Positions 13,301 through 25,300 of a stretch of 64,000 nt of DNA are shown in pieces. How positions within the stretch are numbered: position 1 is the first letter of the stretch; each line of letters starts with the position of its first letter. The DNA comes from Eledone cirrhosa. Lineage: Eukaryota. The position numbers were made by a program, and so were the translations under genes. The DNA lies in contig OZ024743.1 in the NCBI GenBank assembly GCA_964016885.1, positions 240,374,001-240,438,000 on the forward strand, written 5' to 3'. The notes under the pieces were generated by a model. It saw nothing but the letters and a program-made list of their open reading frames with translations, did no database searches and had not been told where the DNA came from.

Positions 13301-16300
13301 TCATATAAACAACAACACAATCACATAGCAAACAAACAAATACACAATAACACACACAAAAACGAAGTTGAATCATCTAACACACATACATAGTTATGTG
13401 CTCTAGCAGCATAAACACTCATATTTCATGGAGACAGGTGACCTAGTGATAAGGGTGTTAGACTTATGACCATAATGTTGTGGGTTCAATTCCTGGGCTG
13501 GGTTGTGTATTTTGTTCTTGAGCAAAACACTTCATTTCCTGTTGCTCCAGTATACTCAGCTGAAAATGAGTGGACTGGCATCCTGTCCAGGGGGTGGGGG
13601 GCATTGTACTCTCAGTCGAAACCGGGATAAGCACTGACCTGATGAGCCTCCAGACTCGAGACAGACTTTAGACTTTTGACTAGGCAGTTACATCATCTAG
13701 AACACATACATACACATCAATTAACATACACATACATACACAGCTCAAGTTACAGTCACACAGTTACAACAACTAGAACAACAGAAAAAAACTTACACAC
13801 AGAAAAATGAAAACAAGAAACAAAAGAAACAAAAGAAAACAATAGATTGGGAAGACAACATCATCATCAGTAGCAGCACTGTATGGTGGGATGAGGAGAG
13901 AGGAATGGGAAGGATATTAGAAAAATGTCTTTTAGCATTTTTAATAATTGACCATTTCACCAGATGGTGGAACATAATAATTGATTCTTCTTTTGGCACA
14001 AGGCCAGCAATTATCCCAGTGCATTACATGTGCTTTATTTTATTGACCCATAAGGATGAAGGGCAAAGTTAACCTTGGCGGGATTTGAACTTAGACCGTA
14101 AAGGGACGTACCTCTATGCTGCAAAGCATGGCGTCCAACTCTCTACCGATACTGCCAATAATAATTGTTTCTACTTTTGGCACAAGGCCAGCAATTACCC
14201 AGTGTATTACTGGTACTTTATTTTATCAACTCCGTAAGGATGAAAGGCAAAGTTAACCTCGGCGGGATTTGAACTCAGATCGTAAAGGGACGTAACTACG
14301 CTGGAAAGCATGTCTGACCCTCTACCAATACTGCCAATTCACCCAATAATAATGGTTTCTGATTTAGGTACAAGGCCAACAATTTTGGGGTGGTGGGAAA
14401 AATTGTTTAAATCGACCCCAGTACATTACTGATGCTTTATTTTATCAACCATGTAAGGATGAAAGGCAAAGCTAACCTCCGTGGGATTTGAACTCTGAAC
14501 GTAAAGAGCCATAATAATAATAATAATGGTTTCTGATTTAGGCAGAAGGCCAACAATTTTTGGTGGGAGAGAAAGTTGATTAAATTCACCCCAGTTCATT
14601 ACTGGTACATTATTTTATCTACCCTGTAAGGATGAAAATCAAAGCTAACCTCCGTGGTATTTGAACTTTGAAAGTAATAATAATGGATTAGACACAAAGG
14701 TCAACAATTTGGGGGGAGGGGAAAGTTGATTAAATTGACACCAGTTCATTACTGGTACTTTATTTATCGACCCTGTAAGGATGAAAGGCAAAGCCAACCG
14801 TGGCATGATTTGAACTCAGAATGTAAATGGCAATAATAATAATAATAATAATAATAAAAATAATAAATAATGATAATTATTATGTAATAATAGTTGTTTA
14901 CCTTTGATCGTACCAGAGTCATCTAGTGTGAGTATGACCTCTGAACCAAGCTCATTGTACCAAGTTCCATCTAGTTTACACGGAGGTGTGGCTGGTTCTG
15001 AAACACAACAACATAACAGATGGTGGTGGATTGCTAGAATTGGTAGAATGTTGGATAAAATGCTTCACAGTATTTTGTAATATAATTAACTTTCTCATTG
15101 ATAAGTTGTTATTTGGAATATAACATAACCTTACATAAAATTATCATGGAAGGTTTTTAGATAAATATAAATACTTCAAAATATACAGTTTTGTATGGCA
15201 GAACTAGTGGTAGTTTCAGGGGGTTTTGATCGAAAGTATTAAGCTAGTGTTTGGAACATAACTTAATAAAGGTTCGTACATTAAATTATGGTGGAAGGTT
15301 TTTAGACAAATATAATCTATTTAGAATATACAATTTTGTTTGGTGTTTGGAACACAACAAAGGTTATTACATAAAATTATAATAGGTGTTTAGATGAATA
15401 TAAACAGTTTAAAATAAACAAATTTGTATCATAGAAACAGAAGCAATTTTAGATAGTTTGCTTTCAAAAGTGCTAGAGAAAGAAATCTCAAATTGAGAAA
15501 TATTCTGTGACCTTTGTGTCTGCCATAAAAACCATTAGGGACATATGTGAAGTGGTTACTTTTAATTTTTAGTCAGGGATAGCAGGGTTGCTCCCATAGC
15601 CCTTTACAGAGACTCTAAAACTTGTGGAAATGAGGATCATATATGGAGTGGGCATAACTGATTTAAAAATAAAATACAGACTTACTTCTTACAGTATAAA
15701 GTGGAGCCAACATTACTGATATTTAGTATCAAGTCAACCCTGATCATAATGTCCTTTTTTAAGATGTAATTTCAAGGAGATTTGGCTGTTATTTCTTATA
15801 GACTGAGTAATCATATATAAATTCCTTTGTCGATTCATAGGGCTGATGATGTAGAGGTGATAAGTATATGGCTAGTGGTGGGGATGGATTGGAATAAACA
15901 ATCTTGAGACTTTCATTCAGGACAAGATCAAAATCTATTTTCTATGTTACACTACATGGCCCTTAACTCAAAAAGTCACATTTGCCAACCACACTGAAAG
16001 GGGGTTACTTACTCCCTATCTTACAATATGTGGTCCCTGTACTCAACAACCCACATTTGTCAACCACATTGAACAGGGGCCACTTACTATCTTACACTAA
16101 GTGTCCCACTCAACTCAACAAGCCACATTTGTCAACCACACTGAACAGGGGCCACTTACTCATTGCTGCCGCTGGACGGTGTTGTTGTTGGCGTTCTTGA
16201 CCACTGGACAACACGTGAGGTTTAGCTTTGGCCAAATTCATATAGAGTCCATTTGAATCATGTTTCTTCCATCGAGTGTCAGTTTTCTCGTGAAGCAGTG

Positions 16301-19300
16301 GTGCCCTTGATTCTGCAATAAGAACCAGGTTATTCTGCATAGAGAAACTGACAACACAGAAATTTATATATAAAGAAAAAACATAAAATACACCTCAGAA
16401 TTTTAGCAATTTGGTGGAAGAGGATCAGCTGACTAAATAAACTTCAGAACATGACCGGTACTTTATTTTATCAACCTAGACCAGAATGATAGAAGGCAAA
16501 GTGGGATCTGAACTAAGAATATAAAGAGCCAAAGCAAAGACTGTAAGACATTTTTCTCAACAATCTACTCAATTCTGCCTATCCAATGTCCTTAATAATC
16601 ATTTCTAATAAAGGCACAAGGCCCAACATTTTAAGGAGGTGTATAGTTAATTAAGTTGACCTCAATTTTTGACTGATACTATATTATATCAATCTTGAAA
16701 GGATGAAAGGCAAATTTGATCACAGTGGGATTCAACCCTGCTTTTCATTCTCCTGGAATTGATCAAAATAAAGTACCGGTCAAGTAGCAGAAGGTTGAGT
16801 TAATTGAATAACCCACCCACAAAATCTGTGGACATGTGTCTCTCGTGGAAATAATAACAATAATAAGTTCTTTTACTGGCCACTAGGGCCCAAGAAATTG
16901 GGGATAATACAAGGACAAATACAACACAAAGTGTGGTTTATATTGAGTTAAGGAAAGGAGATGTCACCGAAGAGAAAACATTAGGAATAACAATAATAGA
17001 AACGGTAATAACAATAGACAACATTAACAAGTGTTCACAATGACCAGTCTACCAATGGTGGGTGACTACAGTTTAGGGGAATGCCAAAAAGAAACCCAGC
17101 ACAAAACTCCAGATTACTCTGTTGCCTCATAGACATAGAAAGTGAACTATCCTGGTTTCTTTCCTCCTGCTTAGAAAAGCATAGTCAATCTAATCAATCT
17201 CACCACTCTCATATATATTTTATAAAACACACAAGAAGGTAGCACCTCCCACTCTACCATCACCTTCCTCCTCAAAGAATGACTGTGTAGAGACACCATT
17301 GTTGATTTATAATAAGCCAATGTAGATAATAGTGATTTTGTTGTTTAGCCACAGGTAAGTCCTTATTAAGAAAGCCTATGATCAAAGATGGTTCAGTCAT
17401 GGCTACCCCATGTCTTTTTTAAAGGGATAATGTAGATACAGCTACATTATCAGTTTTTAATGATGGTAGAGTGTAGTTTTAGGGTTAGATGGGTATCATT
17501 TCTAGCAGGTTATATCCTCTGCCATTCTTCCAACTCATGTCTGATTCTCCAGTATTGATGTCATCATCATCATCTTCGTTTAATATCCATCTTCCACGCT
17601 AGCATGGGTTAGACCTCTGTATTGTTTTTAAAGTAACTTACCTGGTAAATTTGATAGTTTCACTAATGGTTTCATAGATTTGTCATTTGAAAAAGTAAAA
17701 TTCTGGAAGAGAAAAAATATTCTTTAGTACAGGTGTATATATTGTATAGTCAGGAGTACATACACATGTATATAAAAATGATACACATAAGCATATACAT
17801 AGATTGCATATTGTGCATATGTATGTCCATCTGGTTTTATTATTTTATAAATTTTTGCCGGTTTCTAACATAGAAACAAGGCTCTTTCATTGGAATTTAG
17901 ACATTATCAACTAGGTAAATACATATGTATGTCTGTACATGTTTGTGTGTATGTGTGCCATCAACTTGGTAAATACATGTATGTTTGTACATGTTCGTGT
18001 GTATGTGTGAAGGTATCGATGTTATTGTATATGTGGATCTGTATGTTTTGAATTATATATGCATCTATGTATGTGTACATATGTGTGTGTGTTTATGAAT
18101 GTATGTATATCACTATTTACATATAATTTGTATATATTCACATGTATATGCACGTATCCTCGTCATCAATGTTTTGACATCCACTAATTCAGTGCTTGTA
18201 TAGGTTGAATAAGATTGCTTGTGACAGCTTGTCTATGAGTGGGTACCCTTCCTGACATCAAGACATACCTTATTTCTTAAAGTCTGCTATACAGCAATAA
18301 ACATTCAGTGAATAGCTATGCTGCATAACATAAACAATGTCAACACTCCCTTTTATAGACAAGGACAATATATACATATGTATATATACAGGGTGTCTCC
18401 AAACAAATATATACACCATTCTATGTACAAGTAATCAAAATATGTATACATTTTTTTAGGACACCCTGTATATATATCATCATCATCAGTGTTTAACATT
18501 TATTTTCCCTGCTTGCAAGAGTTAGATGGTTTGTACATTATATGGCATGTTGGGAACTGTTTCTGGCTTGGTTTCAATGGCTGGATGCCCTTCCCATCAG
18601 CAGCCACATTACAATATGGACTGGATGCATTTTATCATAACACCAAAACGACCATCCAACATGATGGACTAGGTTCTTTTTGTCATGTCACCAGCACAAC
18701 CACTTTACTGAGTGGGCTGGGTGCTTTTTTGTCATGTGAGTATGTGTGTATGCATGTGTGTGTTGAAGTGTTCTATAACATTCCTAGATAATACACAAAA
18801 ATAAACAAAGAAAAAATCAGGATCCATATATTGTTGTATACATACTAATGGTCTTTCTGGGACGTGTGTATTTTTTTCTTTTCGAGGACCAGGTTTCTGT
18901 TCGTAGCGTGTGAAAATATCTCGGCCTATTCTGTTTGCCTTCCATTTCTCATCACAGCTGCTTGTCTGAGAGTGTAACAACCATGTAGTCAAAAGTTTCT
19001 CGTGTCCTCCTAGACACACAACACACTGACCTGAAACAGACAAAACTCTACATACACGTGCCTGTCTAAGTGAGCCTCTCTATATAGACATTGTATACAT
19101 GCATACATATATGTGAGTCCCGGGTTCAATTGGGGGTAACCAGAGTTAGTAAGGTACTCAATACATTAGTAGATTGTAAACATCATGTTTAATATAGAAA
19201 TGGCTTCTACAGGACTAGAACTGTTTCATTCAAAAGAAATCATCATTCTTTTGAATGAAACAGTTTTAGTCCTGTAGAAGCCATTTCTATATTAAACATG

Positions 19301-22300
19301 ATACATATGGAAATATGAAAGTTATTTTTTGATTAGAGAATTTAAAACCTATGTTTGTTAAATTAAGAAATTATATATAATATAAGGAAACGAATGGTAT
19401 AGGATTATTATTGGAAAGGAACAGACTATGAGACTGTAAAAATATTTTCTTTTGGTTGTCAGATAGGAGATAAGCAAGTAGGAAGATTGTTTTGATTATA
19501 TTGACATAGTAAAAGACACATTGATGTAAGGGAGGTAACTGTGAGTTGACGAATTTTATTCATATACTACAGTTGTTTTCCGTCTTTCATTGAAGACCGA
19601 ATATATTCTCACCTGAATTAAGTAGCGAAGTGATGCGCGCCAGCCCCCCTCCACACACACACACGTGTGTGTGTGTAAGTTTATATATAGATGGATGGAT
19701 AGAGAAAGAAAGCGGGAGGGGAAAACAGAACACACTGAGTTAATGTTATTACTAATTTTTTTATTCAAATATTAAGTTTAAATAATAATTGTTTCTACTT
19801 TTGGCACAAGGCCAGCAATTACCCAGTGCGTTACTGGTACTTTATTTTATCGACCCCGTAAGGATGAAAGGCAAAGTCAACCTCGGCGGGATTTGAACTC
19901 AGATCGTAAAAGGGACGTAACTATGCTGGAAAGCATGGCGTCCGACCCTCTACCGATACTGCCAATCCACAATGAAATAATAATAATAATGAAATTATTG
20001 TGTAAAGTGCTCAGGTGCACTACAACTCGTCAATATAGTACATAGAATAATACACAAATGTCAGGGAAGTACATGTGTGTATGTGTTAGCTGTTCTGTTG
20101 GCGGATCTCGGGAAGCATGGAGGCCTTAAAGGATGCAGTGTCTCGACAGCTAACAACTGATGCAGGTAGTTTGTTCCATGCTTCAGCAACTCTGAGCGTG
20201 AAAAAATGTTTCCGAAAGTCATGGGAACTGTGCTGTTTTCTTACTTTGTGGGCATGTCCACGTGTGTTAGACACATGGAAATCGAAAAGGTACTCAGGGT
20301 TGTTGTTGGCAACATGGTTAACAATTTTGTGGGTGTTTACCAAGTCAGTTGCCAGGCGTGGGAGCTTCAATGAATCCATGCCCAGGGAAGCAAGGCGCTC
20401 AGAGTATGGTAGATGCCTGATGGAGGGTATTCGCTTGGTTGCACGTCTCTGAACAGTTTCTAGGCGGTCAATGTCCTGAGCAAGATAGGGGTTCCAGACT
20501 GGTGATGCAAATTCTAAGTGTGGTCGCACCATAGCTGTATACAGCCTTAAATAGATATCTGGAGAGCGGCTGACAAAGGTCTTGCTGAGTGATGCTAAGA
20601 CACCCTCGGCCCTCTTGACAATTTTAGAGACGTGCCTCGTCCAACGCAAATCGCTGCTGACCGTAATGCCCTGGTCAGGTTCACAGGAAGACTTCTTGAT
20701 ATTAGTGCTGTGGAGGGAGTATGTGGACGCTGGGTTTTTACTCCCAAAATGCATGGTGGTGCACTTGTCCACAGCTAGCTTGAGTTGCCAGTCTGAGATC
20801 CACTGTTGCATTGTGTCCAGGTCAGACTGCAAGCAAGATCTATAGTGTTCAGGATCTGTCCTTTTTATCTCAAGGTACAGCTTGATGTCGTCTGCGTACT
20901 TTAGTACTGTGGCATTCCTTAAGTTGGCATCTATGTCATTAATGTATGCCATAAACAAAAGGGGGCCAAGAACAGATCCCTGTGGTACACCAGATGACAT
21001 CTCATATGGTGAGAAATGCTGTCCCAGAACCGTGACTACCTCTCTTCGACGGAGATTGAAGGACTTCAACCAGTTAAAAAGATCATCCTTCACACCCATT
21101 GCAGAGAGTTTTGCCATAAGCCTTTTGTGTGGCACAGAATTGAAGGCCTTTGCAAAGTCAAGGTAAACAACATCCACCCATGAGCCGCCATCAGTGATCC
21201 GGGTGATAAATCCAAATTGCGAGGGCCGGATAAGACTGTAAGAGCTCCAGAAGTTCCAAAGTGTTTCTCTGACACAGGATTCCATCAGTTTGGCAATGCA
21301 ACTAGTAAGACTGACTGGACGATAGTTCACAGGTGATGTGCGGTCACCCTTTTTGAACAGAGGAATGACACTGGCAGTTTTCCACTGTTCTGGAGTAGCA
21401 CTGTTGTTCAGACAGAATTGGAAGAAGCGTGATAACTGGTGTAGAAGGAAGTACCCACCACGTTTAAGAAGCAGGTACGTAACACCATCAAGACCAGGAG
21501 AGGCATGGTTGCGTTTATTTTTTAGGTGACGTCGCAGCATTGCAGGTGTAAATTCCATGGTTGTAATAGAGTCCGGTGTCATAGGTGGTGGAGATGGTAC
21601 ACTCTGGTCTTCAATAGTGAAAATGCCTGCATAGCATTCAGCAATGAGCTCTGTGCATTCCTTGGGGTCGTCAGTAACCTGGCTTGTGTGGGGATTGCGA
21701 AGAGGACCAACTGGAGAGTGAGGCCTCTGCTTTGAGTGAACATACTTCCAGAACACCTTACTGTCAGGGCTGGTTGCTATGCGCTGCTCAAATTGAAGCA
21801 CTGCCTTTTTTGTCACCTGTTTGAGGTGGTTGGACGATTTATTTCGCCTCTTCCTATTAATGTCTGATTTGTGAAGTTTGTACTCACGTTCAGCATTGCG
21901 CCGTTCTTTTCTGGCAAGACGGACTGCTGCAGTCTGGCAAGACGGACTGCTGCAGTCTCCCAAATTGCGCTTTTGGGATGTTTTTTCCGCTTACGTGGCA
22001 CCGATGCTGCACATGCTGTCCATATTGAGCTCAGGATGTTCTGGAGTACAGTGTTGACATCTCCAGAGTCGTAGAACTCGAGCCAGTTTGGCCGTTGCAA
22101 CTCGGTGCAGTAACAGTTCCAGTCTGCTTTATTCCAGTCAAAGTGAGCAGTTTGGAGATGGTTGTGGTTCTTGTTACTGCCCATGAGGGATAGATTGGCA
22201 ATGATCATAGCATGATCAGAGTCACCTAAAGGTTCCTCAGCAGTAACACTAATGACTGTTTCAGGAGTAGTGGTGAAGAGTAGGTCCAAAGTGTTGTCAC

Positions 22301-25300
22301 CTCTCGTTGGGGAGGTGACCACCTGGGACCAACTCGAGTCCAGCACCAGCTCAAGGAAGTCATTTGCACTTGGCGGCCAACGAAAGGTCTCCCAGTCAAT
22401 CTCAGGGTGATTGAAGTCACCTGCAATGAAAACATAAGTGGCTGTCTTCCTGGCAGCAGCTCTGAGGATATCACAAAGTTGAGTGTCCTGATGGTAATTT
22501 GGGGGACGGTAAACGACTCCAAGTAGCAGTGTTGACATGGTCATACATATATCGCAGAAAAAAACTTCCTGCTGTGATTGGTTCAAATCAGCACAAGGAA
22601 TTGCCGACAGATTTGACCGAACGTAGACCATTACACCACCACCACGACGATTAATACGGTCTTTATGAAACAGGTTGTAGCCAGTCATGCTGAAAACCCC
22701 ATCACAGAGTAAGGGATGTGCCCAAGTTTCCGTGACTGTAATAAAGTCCGGGTTGATACTTTTGACGTAGGAGTCAAAAAGATGAATCTTATTGCATAGA
22801 CTACGTGCATTCAAGGACAACAATTTGTACTTTGATTCCAGTCTATGATTATGTGCAGGGGATGGCAGGTTGTTCTGATTTAGTTTCCCAGAGTTTTTTC
22901 AGTTTCTTTATTGTCAGTTGTTGTGGGTACAGTGTTTTCAGACCAGCTGGTATCTCTTTTCCATGATTCGCCAGCCTTAACAAACTTCCATATCTGCCCA
23001 TCATCTCGTAGGCTGAAGCTTTCATGTTCTGCCGAGCTGCGGTTTACTTAAGTTATGTTGTCAAGCTGTTAGTATTTACAAGGTAGATGCATGTATTAAT
23101 GTATGTGTGTGAGTATGTATCTCCTGGTTTTTATAACTTTTCCCCAATAGAGAGAGCCGGTTTCTAACATAGAAACAAGACTTTTCCTCTGGAATTTAGA
23201 TATCAACTAGGTAAATATGTATGTTTTTGTGTATGTATGGATGTTATTGTGGGTGTGAATGTTTCGTTGTTTATATGTGTACATGTGCATATGTTTCTAT
23301 ATTTGTAAGTGTCTTTATGCAGTTACTACATGCTAAATTTCTGAAATGTTTTACATATTTGTAAAGTTCCATTAATGGACTGTACTTGCAACTTCCTAAC
23401 TAGCCATGCTCATTTTGGTTCTGTGAAGCTTAGCTTCTCAAGTGTACTGAGGTTATTAGTAACATCTACCATACTCTCAATGCCTTGCTCCCTCAGCATG
23501 GGTACATTGAAGCTCCAACGTCTCGCAACTGATTTGGTAAACACCCATAAAATGATTAACCATCTTGCCAACAACAACCCTGAGCACCTTTTTGAATTCC
23601 AGGTGTCTAACACACGTGGGCATGCCTACAAAGTCAGAAAACAGCACAGCTCCCATGACTTTCAGAAACATTTTTTCCCGCTCAGAGTTGCTGAAGCATG
23701 GAACAAACTACCTGCATCAGTTGTTAGCCGCCAAGACACTGCATCCTTTAAAACCTCCATGCTTCCTGAAATTCGCCAGCACTACACCTGATATCCTCCC
23801 CCACCCCTCCATACACATGCACACATACACTATTCACTTTCCTGACATTTGTACGTTATTCTATGTACTATACATGCACCTTTGATGAGATGTAGTGCAC
23901 CTGAGCACTGTACACAATAATTTCATTATTATTATTTTATTTTTTTTATATCCAAGTGCCCCACGGGTTAGACGGCTCATCCACGCCGGGAGGCAAGTCT
24001 GGCCAGGGTTGACAATGTGTCGCAACTTGCTTCGGTGACGACTGTAAATTTGGCTGGGTATTTTACAGCTGGATGCGCTTCCTAACACCAACCACATTTT
24101 TATATATATATATATATATGAAAACCATGACCGCAATAAGGCACTTTGCTCTAGCTCCCTCTAATATCCTCCTCAGCATCAGGATGTGACTGGTGGTTGA
24201 TCTTCCCTCTCTGAAGCCGTTCTGGTTGTCCCTGAGTTTCTTCTCCATCTCAGGCTTGATCCTGTTAAGAATCATCCTGTTGGTGTTAGAGAGATCTCCC
24301 TTCTTTGGCACTGGGACGATGTTACTGATCCTCCTCTGATTCGGGGCAACTCCTTTCTCCAGTGCCTGGTTAGCACTGAGGTTAGCTGGACATGCTCACC
24401 GACATCCAGAGTTGACATTGCACTCAGTGCTCCTGTGGGAGCCCCTACATGGACACACTGGAAGAGGAAGACCAGGGTTAACGTATGTTGATGCCCTAAG
24501 GACAGACACTGGTCTGTTGGAGATGGAGGACATGGCAGTGATAATGAGGGACAGAGACCGCTGGAGAGAACTCATCCATGGATCTCGGGAATTTTACCGG
24601 CCCTATATATATATACAGCATCTCTCCACTTGTAACGGTCCTTCGTCATCTCCACCGAGAACTTCAGCGATCTGGGGTCTGTTCTCACCACCTCTGCCAT
24701 GTTTTTCGTGGTCTACCTCTACCACGTCTTCCTTCAACTGGCATTTCCTGGCACCCATCGATCATCGTCTATGCGCATCACATGTCTATACCACCGCAGT
24801 CTCCACTCTCACACATTACATTCTATCCCTCTCAGACACAGTTTCTCTCTCAACACATCCATGCTGGGTCGTTCACGCACATTGATATTGCACATCAAAC
24901 AGAGCATGCTTTCCTCATTTCTCTCCATCCGTCACATATCCTCTGCAGTTGCTGCCCATGTCTCACTACCATGCAGCTTCGCGCTCCTCACACAGGCATC
25001 ATATAACCGGCCTTTCGTACACAGGGAGAAACCCTTCTTCGTCAGCAGAGGAAGCAGTTCCCTAAACTTCTTCCAATCCGTCCTTATTCTAGATACTATG
25101 GCCTCGGAACCCCCCCCCCCCCTCCCATGTTAATCTGATCTCCTAAGTACCGGAAGTTATCCACCACTTCTATAGCACCCGCCTGCATTTGAAAAATGTG
25201 TCTATCAATGCGACTTCTACTGTCTAATTTCCCTGTACATCTACTGCATACGTATTTCTCCCTACCTGTTAGTTTGCCTGCTATCCCAATACATCTCTTG

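Noticed and set aside
16335-16347. Alternative upstream acceptor for exon D (ttgtcag at 16348)
   Set aside because: Out of phase with the phase-0 donor of exon C; gives an early stop.
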